64,000 nt of DNA from Oligoflexia bacterium (GCA_035327825.1 DAOLCO010000006.1:59308-123307), one strand, 5' to 3'. Positions 18,976 to 29,309 are shown, numbered from the stretch's first letter. Notes: a model not told the origin generated them from the sequence alone. Numbers and translations are program-made.

Positions 18976-19422
18976 CTAGGTTATAACAGGAACTAAAATG
19001 ACAGGCACACTAGCATGGCGAACTACGTACTCTGAGACAGATCCAAAAAGCACATGAGCCAAAGCGGTTTGGCCTTTACGCGAAATTATTAATAAATCAA
19101 ATTTATTTTGCTCTGCATAGCGCACAATTTCACTTCCGACAGAACGTTCTGATCTTAAAACTTTAGTATTAACATTCATTTTATCATTAAAAAATTTGAA
19201 TTTAATTTCAGATATCAACTTATTAGCCTCTTCTTCTGAGTTCAACAGTATATTTTCTATATCAATCCCAAGACCGTAATAAAGCCGGGAAGAAGATAAA
19301 TAATCAATACAATGTAAAACTGTTAATTGAGGAAATGATTTGAGCTCAATTGCAAGTTTTAATGTATAATCTATTGCAGCTTCAGAATCCTTGGAAAAAT
19401 CAGTAGTTAGGAGTATATTCAT
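18976..19422 (-). CDS. universal stress protein (UspA family)
   Basis: 148 aa. Usp fold with C-terminal ATP-binding-like motif (ISRKGQTALAHVLFGSVSEYVVRHASVPVILVP). Confidence 0.75.
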   Translation of the reverse strand: MNILLTTDFSKDSEAAIDYTLKLAIELKSFPQLTVLHCIDYLSSSRLYYGLGIDIENILLNSEEEANKLISEIKFKFFNDKMNVNTKVLRSERSVGSEIVRYAEQNKFDLLIISRKGQTALAHVLFGSVSEYVVRHASVPVILVPVIT

Positions 19423-19633
19423 GGAGGTATTTGACTAATAATAAAGGATTTTAGTTTTAAATCTTGCCATATAAAGCTAACATACTATACTCATTCTTTG
19501 TAAGTTTGTCACTTTTATAGATAGGTTATAATAGGTTTTCAGTTTTTTAATTATGAACAAAAGCTGTCATTAAGTTTGGTACTCAACTTTCTTCAGCTGT
19601 TTTCTATTTTATAAATGATAATGAGGAGTTTAT

Positions 19634-19966
19634 ATGTCAACTAAAAGTAAATCATTAACAATAATTCTCATACTATTAATGTCAGTAAGTCTTGCATGCT
19701 CAAAAGAAAGTAACGAAACCCAAATGGAAAAAGCCATGAAAGAAGCTGCAGATAATGCTGCGGCTACTGCTGAAAAAGCTAACAAACTAGCTGCTGATCT
19801 TACTTCTGAGGCTTTGAATGCGACAGAAGAAACTCTTAAAGCTGCAACTACAACTCTTGAACAGGCAAAGAAGGACACCAGAGCAATCATGGATTCAAAT
19901 ATTGAAAAGCTTGAAGAGCTTGAAAAGGCGGGAGAAGCTGAACTTGAAGCATTCCCTGAGGAATAA
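19634..19966 (+). CDS. small alpha-helical lipoprotein, hypothetical
   Basis: 110 aa. Signal peptide with lipobox LAC. Ala/Glu/Lys-rich helical repeats. GAGGAG RBS upstream. Confidence 0.5.
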   Translation: MSTKSKSLTIILILLMSVSLACSKESNETQMEKAMKEAADNAAATAEKANKLAADLTSEALNATEETLKAATTTLEQAKKDTRAIMDSNIEKLEELEKAGEAELEAFPEE

Positions 19967-20131
19967 ACTTCTTATGTCCGACTCCACTCTGGACTTTTTT
20001 TCTAGGCTTTTTGGGGGCTTATTTGCTGGGCCTTTTTGCTCCGGGATTTTATTGGTTAGTCTATAATACCCGATGCAGGTTTCAATGCTAACAGGTCGAG
20101 TAATTAACTTTAATATATTAGTTACTCGACT

Positions 20132-20174
20132 ACTCTATGTTTTTATCACTTTTACTCTATGTTTTTATCACTTT
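20132..20174. repeat. tandem duplication of a ~22-bp unit (ACTCTATGTTTTTATCACTTT) upstream of the DCC-family gene
   Basis: Two adjacent copies read directly. A 9-bp inverted repeat GTCGAGTAA/TTACTCGAC sits just upstream (20095-20130). Confidence 0.8.
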
Positions 20175-20236
20175 CCAAATGAATATTTCATCCCTTATTT
20201 TTTGACAGGTTTAATCTATTTTTCGTCTAATACTGG

Positions 20237-20641
20237 ATGAATATAAAATCAGCAGCTAACCCTTCAGAATTAACTGTATTTTATGACGGTTCTTGTCCAT
20301 TATGTAGTCGAGAAATGTCCTTTATTAAAAAACGGGATCATAAAAGCAGAATTAGACTAATTGATATATCAGATGAAAGCTTTGATCCAACTCTTTATAG
20401 CAAATCCAGAGAAGAGTTCATGAAATTTATTCATGCACTGACTCCAGATGGAAAAATAATAATGGGGGTGGAAGTATTTAGAGAAATTTATCAAGCAATT
20501 GGCCTTGGATATATTGTTTCAATTACAAGACTACCTGTAGTAAGCCAGCTAGCTGACTTTGCTTATCTTTTATTTGCAAAAAATCGACTTAGAATCGGCA
20601 AGTTTTTTGGTGTCTGCAACAATGAAAAATGTTCTCTTTAG
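20237..20641 (+). CDS. thiol-disulfide oxidoreductase DCC family protein (DUF393)
   Basis: 134 aa. N-terminal VFYDGSCPLCSREM is the DCC signature. Confidence 0.7.
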   Translation: MNIKSAANPSELTVFYDGSCPLCSREMSFIKKRDHKSRIRLIDISDESFDPTLYSKSREEFMKFIHALTPDGKIIMGVEVFREIYQAIGLGYIVSITRLPVVSQLADFAYLLFAKNRLRIGKFFGVCNNEKCSL

Positions 20642-20661
20642 CCATAGATAAATTTGAAGCT

Positions 20662-21207
20662 CTAATCATAGTCATAAAATCCACTCGCTCTAAGTATACC
20701 TGTTTCGTAAATTTTAGAGTGAATAGAAAGCTTTACTGTAACGGTTCTATGACCTCCATTTTGATCAATACTTTGCCCTCTGGTACTAAAAATAATCGGA
20801 TTGTCAGTTGATATAGAAACACCACCAGGAAGTTCATATTCTGAAAACTTGGTTTCTATCGAAGGGTCATCATTGCTATCAAATGGTATATAGTCACAAC
20901 CAAGTTCATATCTCTTGCCATTTGGTGAAATTTTCACAAGTCCTCTGCATCCTTGCTCAACAGATTTAGCCTGAATCCAGCGAAGATGCTGAGATACCTG
21001 AAATTTTGCAGCTGATCGATGACGAACATCGCGCAACTCGCCAATTTTTGGAATTGCTACTGATGCCAAAATGGATGTAATAAGCATCACAATTACAAGC
21101 TCAAATGCTGTAAATCCTGATTGACTGTGATTTAATAAGCGAACTGGATCTAAATCTGAGAACTTCATCTTGTAACTATCGGCAACTAAATGAAATACTC
21201 TTAACAT
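20662..21207 (-). CDS. type IV pilin / type II secretion pseudopilin-like protein (prepilin N-methylation motif); true start possibly Met14 at 21168
   Basis: 181 aa. QSG/FTAFELVIVMLITSILASVAIP is a prepilin cleavage/methylation signal followed by a hydrophobic helix. The leader is unusually long (17-30 aa depending on start). Confidence 0.6.
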   Translation of the reverse strand: MLRVFHLVADSYKMKFSDLDPVRLLNHSQSGFTAFELVIVMLITSILASVAIPKIGELRDVRHRSAAKFQVSQHLRWIQAKSVEQGCRGLVKISPNGKRYELGCDYIPFDSNDDPSIETKFSEYELPGGVSISTDNPIIFSTRGQSIDQNGGHRTVTVKLSIHSKIYETGILRASGFYDYD

Positions 21208-21422
21208 AATTAATCGATTATTTAACGATGTAAATTCAGTTACTTATAAAAAAAATTTAAATACCTGAACATGCTGCTAACGAAAAAGAACAACCTGAAT
21301 TCAGGTATTCAAGCTGACATAACTCTGATCGGTGCCTTACGTCATATATCCAGTTATGTGAATAGGTATATGAAATAGGGATGGGGTAGAATCTATTACT
21401 ACTAACCGGTTTTTTTATGTTT

Positions 21423-23768
21423 CTACAGGATCACTTCCTGCCGATGGCCAACGCCCTCTTTTACAAGATCCCTGATCCACTCATGACAAGTAAACAAGAA
21501 AATTTGATGTTTAAGGGATATCTCCGAAAGAAGATCTATAATTGCACGTGCTCTGGGTAAATCAAAATTAACAAGTATGTCATCAAGCAAAATCGGTAAA
21601 GGTGAATAAATCTCTCCATAATGAACTGCAAGACTTAGCCTTATAGACAAATAAAGTTGCTCTAAAGTGCCTCTGCTTAACTCTCGAACTGAATACTTTT
21701 TATAACTTTCACCTCGTATACCAAAGTCACCTGAGAAACCCCGGTCATTTTCAGTTTGAATCAGAATTTCAGTATATCGCCCGCCAGTGACTCTGGACAT
21801 AAAATTACTAGCTCGACTTATTACTTCACGATAACTCTCGCCTACCATTTTTTCCAGTGTTTTTTCAAGAACATACTTTGAAAGAGTTGAAACTCTCCAG
21901 TCTCTATGAAGTTCAGACAAACGTAAGAGAAGAGTGTTCCGATCCAGAGTAATTCGATTAAAATCATTTTTTTGAAAAAGAAATGATAATTTATTCTTTA
22001 ACTCTGCTAATTTATTTTGCCTATCAAACAAGAACTGCTCAACTTCTTTAATTTCATTTTCAAGGATTTTGCTCTTTTCAATTATTTCACTCTCAATTTT
22101 TTCAAGGAAGCTTTCAATTAGTGAAACATTTTTAAATTCATCTCTCCCAACCCCCAAACAATCATATACTGGCAACTCTTCCCGGGCAATAAGAGTATAA
22201 AGCTCTTCTCTCCTGCTATTTAAATCATTTAATCTCGAAATACTACCAGAGCGCTCATTAAATATCTCGATGCTTGCACAAGAATAACTCTGAAGAAGGT
22301 CTTTAATCCTGGAGGAATTATCTGCCAAGTCAACTAGTAGATCTCTCTTCTTGTCTTCATCAGACTTGTGTTTAAAAGTTAAACGCTCAAGTGATCTGGT
22401 CGTTTCCAAATTAATCATATCCAGATCATCCTCATTCAGGGACTTTAGATTTAGAGATGATCGAATATTTTCTCCGTTAATATCATGATTTTCCTTTTCT
22501 ACTGCAAAGGCATCAAGCATTAACGAAAATCTTTTTGAGCTATAAGACTGATACAATGATAGTAGAACAAAAATTATACTTGATAGAATGGGAAGGATTA
22601 GAGTTAGCTGATTTATGTTTTCATCACTGGTAAGCCATAAAAATACAAGAAGAGAAACTAGCGCAAGAGCAGTTGTATAAGTAAAACTTCGGATCTTTGA
22701 TTGAAATGCTATCGCAGTGCTATTAATATTTTCATTTAATTCATTTACCCTTTCAAGATATCCATATGCCTTTAAAATAATATTCTTTCTATCATTAAGT
22801 ACATTCAGTTCATCGAGAATATTATCTTCTTTCTTGTCTGAAAATACTTTCAACTCATCCTTGATTATGTTTTCCTTCATAATAAGCTTACTAAAATAAT
22901 TCCTGTCCTCTTCAGATGGAATTCTATTTTGAGAAATATCAGAAATTAAAATTTCCAGGTCTCTAATCTGAAGAAGAACCCTGATTGCTCTGATTTTATG
23001 TTGTATATGACCTTGATCAGCGCGTAAAATCTTCAGTTTTGATTGAAAGTCTGAGATTTGTCTCTCAATATTATCGATATCTTTAAGAATAAAATCAGCT
23101 GATTTAAGTTCGGTTTCAATGTTGTCACGCTCAATATTTTTTAATAATAATTCTTCATCAAGTAACTGAATTAATCCTTTAGATTTTGGACGAATAAGTT
23201 CTCTTGAGCGTTTTTCAAATTCTTCAATTGCGGCTGTTATAAGATCATCACTACCTGATACAGTGGCAGAAAAGAGCTTTTCCCGAAGTGCATCTTCTTC
23301 AAGAGGAAATAAAGAGTTGAGTTCATTAAGATCAAATGCAAAAAGAGCTAGATACTGAGTCCTGTCAAGAGACCTGAATAATTCTTCAGGTTCAAAACTT
23401 ATTGAGCCCCTATAATTAACATCATCTATTGATGTTAAATTGTCGGAGTGCCTGACTATTTTAAAATCTGAGCCTTTTTTGGCCTCTCTCTCAAGAGTGA
23501 AAATTAACTTATTTTCATTAGTTGAGGAGTCTTCAAAAATTAAATCAATTGAGCCTCCATGAGCACCACTAACAGGTGCATATTTATTCTCTTTTTGTAT
23601 TCGAGCAGGAGGAAACCCGGCAATCATTCCACGCAAAAAAGAGAATAAAGTGCTTTTTCCCACTTCGTTTTCTCCATATACAAGAACAAAAGAGGATTCG
23701 ATCAGGGAGCTCTTGTAATTGCTTAGAAGTCCGAATCCATCAATATAAAATCTGGTTATTCTGATCAC
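21423..23768 (-). CDS. SbcC/Rad50-like AAA ATPase (YhaN-like) with central transmembrane helical hairpin
   Basis: 781 aa. Walker A GENEVGKST. C-terminal signature/Walker B (LSRGTLEQL...ILLDDILVNFD). Long coiled-coil regions. Two adjacent ~19-aa hydrophobic helices mid-protein (TTALALVSLLVFLWLT / LTLILPILSSIIFVLLSLY). Overlaps the upstream nuclease gene by 4 nt. Confidence 0.7.
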   Translation of the reverse strand: MIRITRFYIDGFGLLSNYKSSLIESSFVLVYGENEVGKSTLFSFLRGMIAGFPPARIQKENKYAPVSGAHGGSIDLIFEDSSTNENKLIFTLEREAKKGSDFKIVRHSDNLTSIDDVNYRGSISFEPEELFRSLDRTQYLALFAFDLNELNSLFPLEEDALREKLFSATVSGSDDLITAAIEEFEKRSRELIRPKSKGLIQLLDEELLLKNIERDNIETELKSADFILKDIDNIERQISDFQSKLKILRADQGHIQHKIRAIRVLLQIRDLEILISDISQNRIPSEEDRNYFSKLIMKENIIKDELKVFSDKKEDNILDELNVLNDRKNIILKAYGYLERVNELNENINSTAIAFQSKIRSFTYTTALALVSLLVFLWLTSDENINQLTLILPILSSIIFVLLSLYQSYSSKRFSLMLDAFAVEKENHDINGENIRSSLNLKSLNEDDLDMINLETTRSLERLTFKHKSDEDKKRDLLVDLADNSSRIKDLLQSYSCASIEIFNERSGSISRLNDLNSRREELYTLIAREELPVYDCLGVGRDEFKNVSLIESFLEKIESEIIEKSKILENEIKEVEQFLFDRQNKLAELKNKLSFLFQKNDFNRITLDRNTLLLRLSELHRDWRVSTLSKYVLEKTLEKMVGESYREVISRASNFMSRVTGGRYTEILIQTENDRGFSGDFGIRGESYKKYSVRELSRGTLEQLYLSIRLSLAVHYGEIYSPLPILLDDILVNFDLPRARAIIDLLSEISLKHQIFLFTCHEWIRDLVKEGVGHRQEVIL

Positions 23769-25069
23769 GAAGACTCCATATCGGTATTTCTTTTGCCTGA
23801 TAAGATAAAAGACAACTCAGAAAGAGCAAGTTCCCTGATATCTTCTAAAGGAACCGCATCGAATCTGGATTGAATTCTGCTTTCATCTTTAAATATGCGC
23901 TGTAACTCCTCTGGTTTAATCATCAATTCATCAAGAACGTTTTCTGCCAAGTTAAGAATTTCATTGACCAGCGCGGATGGTCTAGTATTAATAACTTTGT
24001 ATCGAATATCCGGGAGAAATACATTTTTCTCTTTAAAGAGAACTTCAATAAGTGCATCTTCAAATTCTCGACGAAGAAAATAATCAGATAAGATCGAAGC
24101 CAACTCTGATTCAACATGTATTATAAGCCTTAGACAAATAACTGTTTGATTTTTAATTGATTCCGAAGAAACATTTTTATGTAAATTTTCTTTTAAATAT
24201 AAAGAAATTTTGCTTGCCAGTTCTGCTGGAGAAACAATATCTGAAGCAGTAAATCTTTCTTCTATGAAAATTATTTTTGATAGTGATTTAAATTCTACAC
24301 TTATTACTTTTTCCCCGGCTCCTTTTACAAGAACAGCTCCTTTTTCACCTCGCTCAGAGCTCTTGAAGCTTCGACCCTGGATTGTTCCTGAATAAACAAT
24401 AAATGGGTTACCGGATCTGATTAGATTAAATTCATGCAGATGGCCCAAAGCCCAATAATCACAATTTAAACGAATTAATTCGTCTGTATGAATTGCTGCA
24501 TAATCACCATCCCTGGTTACTCCAGCACCAACCGTTCCATGGAAAACACCAATTCTTGGAACCCTGACCGCAGAAACAGTATCTGAATCAGAATTATTTT
24601 TAATCAAAGTCTTTCTGTATTCAGCCAGCGAAGATGAACCACTCTCGCCTTCTATATAATTTCGGCCTATTACATGAGCAATTAACTCATCTCTCCGATA
24701 AACAGGAAATTCAATAGCCTCATTATCAGAAAAGAAATGGACATTATCAGGCCAATCTTTAATTAATGAAAAATCCCTTCCCCCTTCATGATTTCCCGAA
24801 AGTATGAAGACACTTATCCCATTCTGACCCAAGACCCGTAAAAATGATAGGAATTTCCATTCCGCTCTAATTCCAACATCTCTACCATCGTAAATATCGC
24901 CTGCAAGAATTATGAAATCAACATTTTCTCTGATTGCAAGATCAACCAGATTAGCAAAAGCAATAAAAGAGGCTTCCAGTAGGATTTCTGCCAGAGCAGC
25001 CGGATACCGAGAGATGTTTTGAAAAGGGGTATCTAAATGAATATCAGCAGCATGCAGGAATGAAAACAT
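23765..25069 (-). CDS. SbcD/Mre11-like calcineurin-type phosphoesterase nuclease (YhaO-like)
   Basis: 434 aa. Metallophosphoesterase motifs FLHAADIHLD, AGDIYDG, GNHE, GHLH. Operonic with the ATPase. Confidence 0.8.
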   Translation of the reverse strand: MFSFLHAADIHLDTPFQNISRYPAALAEILLEASFIAFANLVDLAIRENVDFIILAGDIYDGRDVGIRAEWKFLSFLRVLGQNGISVFILSGNHEGGRDFSLIKDWPDNVHFFSDNEAIEFPVYRRDELIAHVIGRNYIEGESGSSSLAEYRKTLIKNNSDSDTVSAVRVPRIGVFHGTVGAGVTRDGDYAAIHTDELIRLNCDYWALGHLHEFNLIRSGNPFIVYSGTIQGRSFKSSERGEKGAVLVKGAGEKVISVEFKSLSKIIFIEERFTASDIVSPAELASKISLYLKENLHKNVSSESIKNQTVICLRLIIHVESELASILSDYFLRREFEDALIEVLFKEKNVFLPDIRYKVINTRPSALVNEILNLAENVLDELMIKPEELQRIFKDESRIQSRFDAVPLEDIRELALSELSFILSGKRNTDMESS

Positions 25070-25220
25070 AGCCTAGTCAAATACACTATTAATGAGAAGT
25101 AGTACATGTAAACATCTAAATAAATATTGTAGGATTATCGATAAGATAATTATCGAAATTACTGGAGTTGCATCTTAAATCTAAGTTTTTTTAAGTTTAC
25201 TAAGGTTTAAACTACTATCT

Positions 25221-28200
25221 GTGAAAAATACATCCAAAAAAAACAAAAAAAGCAGGAAGAGAAATAAGAGGGAATCACTACCAAAGGATAATTCAACAGT
25301 TAGTACTAAAAAAAGCAAAAAAAAACCTAAGAATATTTCATCTCCAATTCAACAATCAGAATTATCTGATCCAGCAAATTCTGATTTAAACAATATTGTC
25401 GAACCAGTAGAGTTTTCATTTACTGATTATCACAAAGATTTAAATAACTCTGAAAATTTCTGGAATGATGTTCCATCAGAAAAAACTTCGGCACTTGTAC
25501 AATTTTTAAAAGTATTTATTCTTCTAATTCTGATAGGACTTATTCCTTTAAGCATATTACTCAGGAATGAACTTAGTACTTCAGAAATACAAGCTACATA
25601 TTTTCATAATTTCTCATCAAAGCTAGTTACTGAGCTAATTCATGGAGAAGGTCCGGTATTAAAAGCGCCAGATGGAGGACCATATGACCAGCGACTTGGT
25701 TATACCGATCTTCCCTATATATTTGAAAAGGTAAAGTCGTCTGGTTTTGCACAGGATACTTATACCAAGATTCCAGCTGCAGGATGGAAACTGGTAGAAA
25801 ATGGAATCACATTCCCATATAAAAGCAAGAACCAAACCGGACTAAACATTCAAGGCCAGAACGAAATACAATTATATTCATTTACTGAACCAAGCTGGGT
25901 TTTTTCAAAATTTGAAGATATTAGCAAAACTATAGTAAAAACATTACTATTTATAGAGAACAGAAATCTTCTTGATAATAAGAACCCCAAAAAGAATCCA
26001 GCTGTTGAATGGGATAGGTTTTTTAAAGCGATAGGCGAACTTATTTACGCCAAACTTACCAAACCAAGAAAAGTTCCTGGGGGAAGCACTCTTGCTACTC
26101 AAATTGAAAAATATAAACATTCACCAGGTGGAAGAACTTCTTCCCCAACTGATAAACTTAAACAGATGTTATCAGCATCAATCAAGGCATATCAATCTAG
26201 TGAATATACATTAGATCATAGAAAAGAAATTGTTCTTGACTACATCAACTCTGTACCTCTTGCAGCATTACCTGGTTACGGTGAAATACATGGACTTCCA
26301 GATGGTCTTTGGGCGTATTTTGGGGAAGATCCAAAAAAGATTAACGAACTTCTTTCTGAACCGACCTCGGAGCTCGATCAAGAAAAATTAAGATCTCAGG
26401 GAAAAGCATTCAAGCAGGTATTAAGTCTTTTCCTGGCTCACAGAAGACCATCTGACTACCTTGATGACAGTCCACTTCAGCTTCAAAATCAGGTTGAAAA
26501 GTATTTACCATTACTTTTCAAGGAAGGAATTATTTCATACCCACTTTATAAGTCCTCTCTGGCGGAGCAAACTCCATACAGAAGGGTTTTGCCTTCCAGT
26601 GGAAAAACTGCATTTTCAACCCGTAAGGGACCATCTGTTGTAAGAAATCACCTTCTTTCCCTTTTTGGCAAACAATCTTTGTATGAACTTGACAGACTGG
26701 ATCTTCAAGTTAGAAGCACTTTAAATGTTGAAGTGCAGGAGAAAGTTAGTCGATTTCTTTTGTCTTTAAAGGCCTCAGATTCTGTAAGAAATTCTGGACT
26801 AGATGGTTTCAGATTATTAAGTACCAGTGCTGATCCAAATAAGGTTATCTACAGCTTTACTCTTTTTGAACACGAAAATGGTATAAACAAGTTAAGAGTT
26901 CAAACTGACACCTATGATCAACCATTAAATATTAATGAAGGTGTAAAGCTTGATCTAGGTTCTACCGCAAAATTTCGCACCATAGTTACATATCTGGAAG
27001 TTATTGAAGAAATTTGGAACTCTCATAAAAATAAGAAAATAAAGGAGTTAAAAGAAGAAAGAAGCAAAGCCCGCGATACACTGTCACGCTGGGGACTTGA
27101 TGTTATTATAAATGATCAGAATATTACCCTTGAGGATATCCTCAGACAAGCACTACTCCGTTCATATTCAGCAAACCCTGGAGAAAAATTTTTCACTGCA
27201 GGAGGTCTTCATACCTTTGAAAACTTTAATAAAGAAGATAACGGTAAAACTGTTACTGTCTCCCATGCGCTTCGTCATTCAATAAATCTACCATTTATTA
27301 GACTTATGCGTGATATAAGCAAATATTACAGCTTTCATACCCAAGGATCATCAGCCAGAACTATTGCTGAGATGAATCAGGAAACAAGAACTGAGTATCT
27401 TGAAAAGTTTGCTGATAAGGAGGGGAAAATATTTCTTGGAAGATTCTATGAAAAATATAAAGGCAAAAATTCAGATGAAATCATACATATTCTTCTGGAT
27501 TCAGTTAAGAAAAAACCCTCACGCTTTGCCAGCATTTACTGGTTTTTGTATCCAGAAGCAAATCTTGAATCATTTATTGAGTTCATGAAAAAACACATAG
27601 ATCATGCAGCTATTAGTGAAAAGGAATTAAAAAAATATTTTGACTGGTATGACCTTCGTGCCAAAACTCTGGGTGACAAAGGTTATCTGGCTCGCATGCA
27701 CCCTCTTGAGTTGTGGCTTGTAGCGTTTCTGATTAATAATCCTGATGCCAGTCTTTCTAAAATCTTTGATCAAAGTAAAAACGAGCGGATTCAAGTTTAT
27801 GACTGGTTGATGAGAACAAGCAGGAAACATGCACAAGACAAGAGAATACAAATACTTCTTGAGGCTGAGGCTTTTACTGAAATACATCAAAGATGGAAAA
27901 ACCTTGGGTACCCATTACCATCAATTGTTCCTTCATATGCAACGGCACTTGGAACTTCAGCCGATCGACCTGATGCTCTGGCCGAACTAATGGGAATAAT
28001 ATTAAATGATGGCATAAGATACCCTAAAACAAGCATTGAATCACTTCATTTTGCAAAAAATACTCCCTATGAAGCCTCATTCAGTTTGAAACCTGCCAAT
28101 GGTGAAAGAGTATTATCCGAAACTGTCGCAAGAATAGCCCGGGAAGGCTTGCTGGATATTGTTCAAAATGGAACAGCAGTTCGTTTAAAAGATGGAATAA

Positions 28201-28499
28201 AAGCCGGTAACAATGTTCTACCTGTTGGTGGAAAAACAGGAACCGGAGATCACAGATATATTGTTTATGGAAAAGGGGGGGGAAGAAAGGAAAGTCGCGT
28301 AGTAAATCGAACTGCCACATTCATGTTTATTCTGGGCGACAGATTTTTCGGAGTAATTAGTGCATTTGTACCCGGTCAGGATGCCGCACGTTTTAAATTC
28401 ACTAGCGCTCTTCCTGTACAAATGTTGAAATTGCTTGGTAATGATCTTGAAGGTATTATTATAAACGACATTAAAACTGAAAATAGTCAAGTCGATTAA
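25221..28499 (+). CDS. class A penicillin-binding protein (GT51 transglycosylase + transpeptidase), unusually long and divergent
   Basis: 1092 aa. Lys-rich N-terminus with one TM helix. GT51 motifs (ENRNLLDN..., GGSTLATQIEKY, KEIVLDYINSVPLAALPGYGEIHGLPDGLWAYFG). Transpeptidase motifs SxxK (GSTAKF), SxN (ALRHSINLPFIRL) and KTG (GGKTGTGD), separated by long insertions. Confidence 0.7.
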   Translation: MKNTSKKNKKSRKRNKRESLPKDNSTVSTKKSKKKPKNISSPIQQSELSDPANSDLNNIVEPVEFSFTDYHKDLNNSENFWNDVPSEKTSALVQFLKVFILLILIGLIPLSILLRNELSTSEIQATYFHNFSSKLVTELIHGEGPVLKAPDGGPYDQRLGYTDLPYIFEKVKSSGFAQDTYTKIPAAGWKLVENGITFPYKSKNQTGLNIQGQNEIQLYSFTEPSWVFSKFEDISKTIVKTLLFIENRNLLDNKNPKKNPAVEWDRFFKAIGELIYAKLTKPRKVPGGSTLATQIEKYKHSPGGRTSSPTDKLKQMLSASIKAYQSSEYTLDHRKEIVLDYINSVPLAALPGYGEIHGLPDGLWAYFGEDPKKINELLSEPTSELDQEKLRSQGKAFKQVLSLFLAHRRPSDYLDDSPLQLQNQVEKYLPLLFKEGIISYPLYKSSLAEQTPYRRVLPSSGKTAFSTRKGPSVVRNHLLSLFGKQSLYELDRLDLQVRSTLNVEVQEKVSRFLLSLKASDSVRNSGLDGFRLLSTSADPNKVIYSFTLFEHENGINKLRVQTDTYDQPLNINEGVKLDLGSTAKFRTIVTYLEVIEEIWNSHKNKKIKELKEERSKARDTLSRWGLDVIINDQNITLEDILRQALLRSYSANPGEKFFTAGGLHTFENFNKEDNGKTVTVSHALRHSINLPFIRLMRDISKYYSFHTQGSSARTIAEMNQETRTEYLEKFADKEGKIFLGRFYEKYKGKNSDEIIHILLDSVKKKPSRFASIYWFLYPEANLESFIEFMKKHIDHAAISEKELKKYFDWYDLRAKTLGDKGYLARMHPLELWLVAFLINNPDASLSKIFDQSKNERIQVYDWLMRTSRKHAQDKRIQILLEAEAFTEIHQRWKNLGYPLPSIVPSYATALGTSADRPDALAELMGIILNDGIRYPKTSIESLHFAKNTPYEASFSLKPANGERVLSETVARIAREGLLDIVQNGTAVRLKDGIKAGNNVLPVGGKTGTGDHRYIVYGKGGGRKESRVVNRTATFMFILGDRFFGVISAFVPGQDAARFKFTSALPVQMLKLLGNDLEGIIINDIKTENSQVD

Positions 28500-28522
28500 C
28501 CAAAAACTGTAATCTTGTTTTT

Positions 28523-29296
28523 ATGAAAATTAAATTTATGGGATCAGGCTCAGCTCATGATCCAGAACGTGGAAACGTCTCTTTTCTTTTACAATCTTTA
28601 GCTAAAAATGAGAATAAAACCTCTTTATTAATTGATTGTGGTTTCATGAATGTAGCACAATATTTTAAACAGGATCTTGGAACTGAGATTCTTGATGCTG
28701 TTTATATTTCTCACTCCCACGCAGATCATATAATGGGGCTTATTCCTTTAATTTCTAAAATGAATGCTTCATCAAGATCAAAAAAGCTTGTTATAATTGG
28801 GCATCAAGGTTTAAAAGACAAGTATCTCAGAATTGAACAGATCACTGAAAGAGATCTGCCTAATATTCGCAAATTTGAACTGGAATTTGTAGAGTCTAAT
28901 AAAATTCTTTATTTAAATGATTTAAGGTTTGACTTTGCCAGAACCTCACACGGTTCCTACACCAACTATTCAGTTAAAATAACCCAAAATAATATATCAT
29001 TATTCTATTCTGGAGATGGAAAACTATTGCCAGAATCTGCTTCCCTAATGATGGACTCAGACTTTATTATCGCAAATACTGCAACATATAGCGATAATAC
29101 ACCTGCTCACAGCACTATTCAGGAAATTCTGAACCTCGCTCCAGATATAAAGCGTTTAAAAGCTATTTATTTTACCCATATACTCCCAAATATCTGCCGA
29201 AATGAGCTCCGTACATTAATTAATATTAATTCCCAATTATTTAAAATATATTTTCCTGAACCTCTTGATGAATTTTACCTTGATCCCTTAATTTAG
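28523..29296 (+). CDS. MBL-fold metallo-hydrolase
   Basis: 257 aa. HxHxDH motif (YISHSHADHIMGL). 24 bp downstream of the PBP gene. Confidence 0.7.
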   Translation: MKIKFMGSGSAHDPERGNVSFLLQSLAKNENKTSLLIDCGFMNVAQYFKQDLGTEILDAVYISHSHADHIMGLIPLISKMNASSRSKKLVIIGHQGLKDKYLRIEQITERDLPNIRKFELEFVESNKILYLNDLRFDFARTSHGSYTNYSVKITQNNISLFYSGDGKLLPESASLMMDSDFIIANTATYSDNTPAHSTIQEILNLAPDIKRLKAIYFTHILPNICRNELRTLININSQLFKIYFPEPLDEFYLDPLI

Positions 29297-29309
29297 GAAT
29301 TCCTGGATC

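Noticed and set aside
27721-27750. Second copy of part of the 20-bp inverted-repeat sequence (GATTAATAATC) inside the PBP gene
   Set aside because: Only an 11-mer match in an AT-rich genome. Consistent with chance, not a dispersed repeat family.
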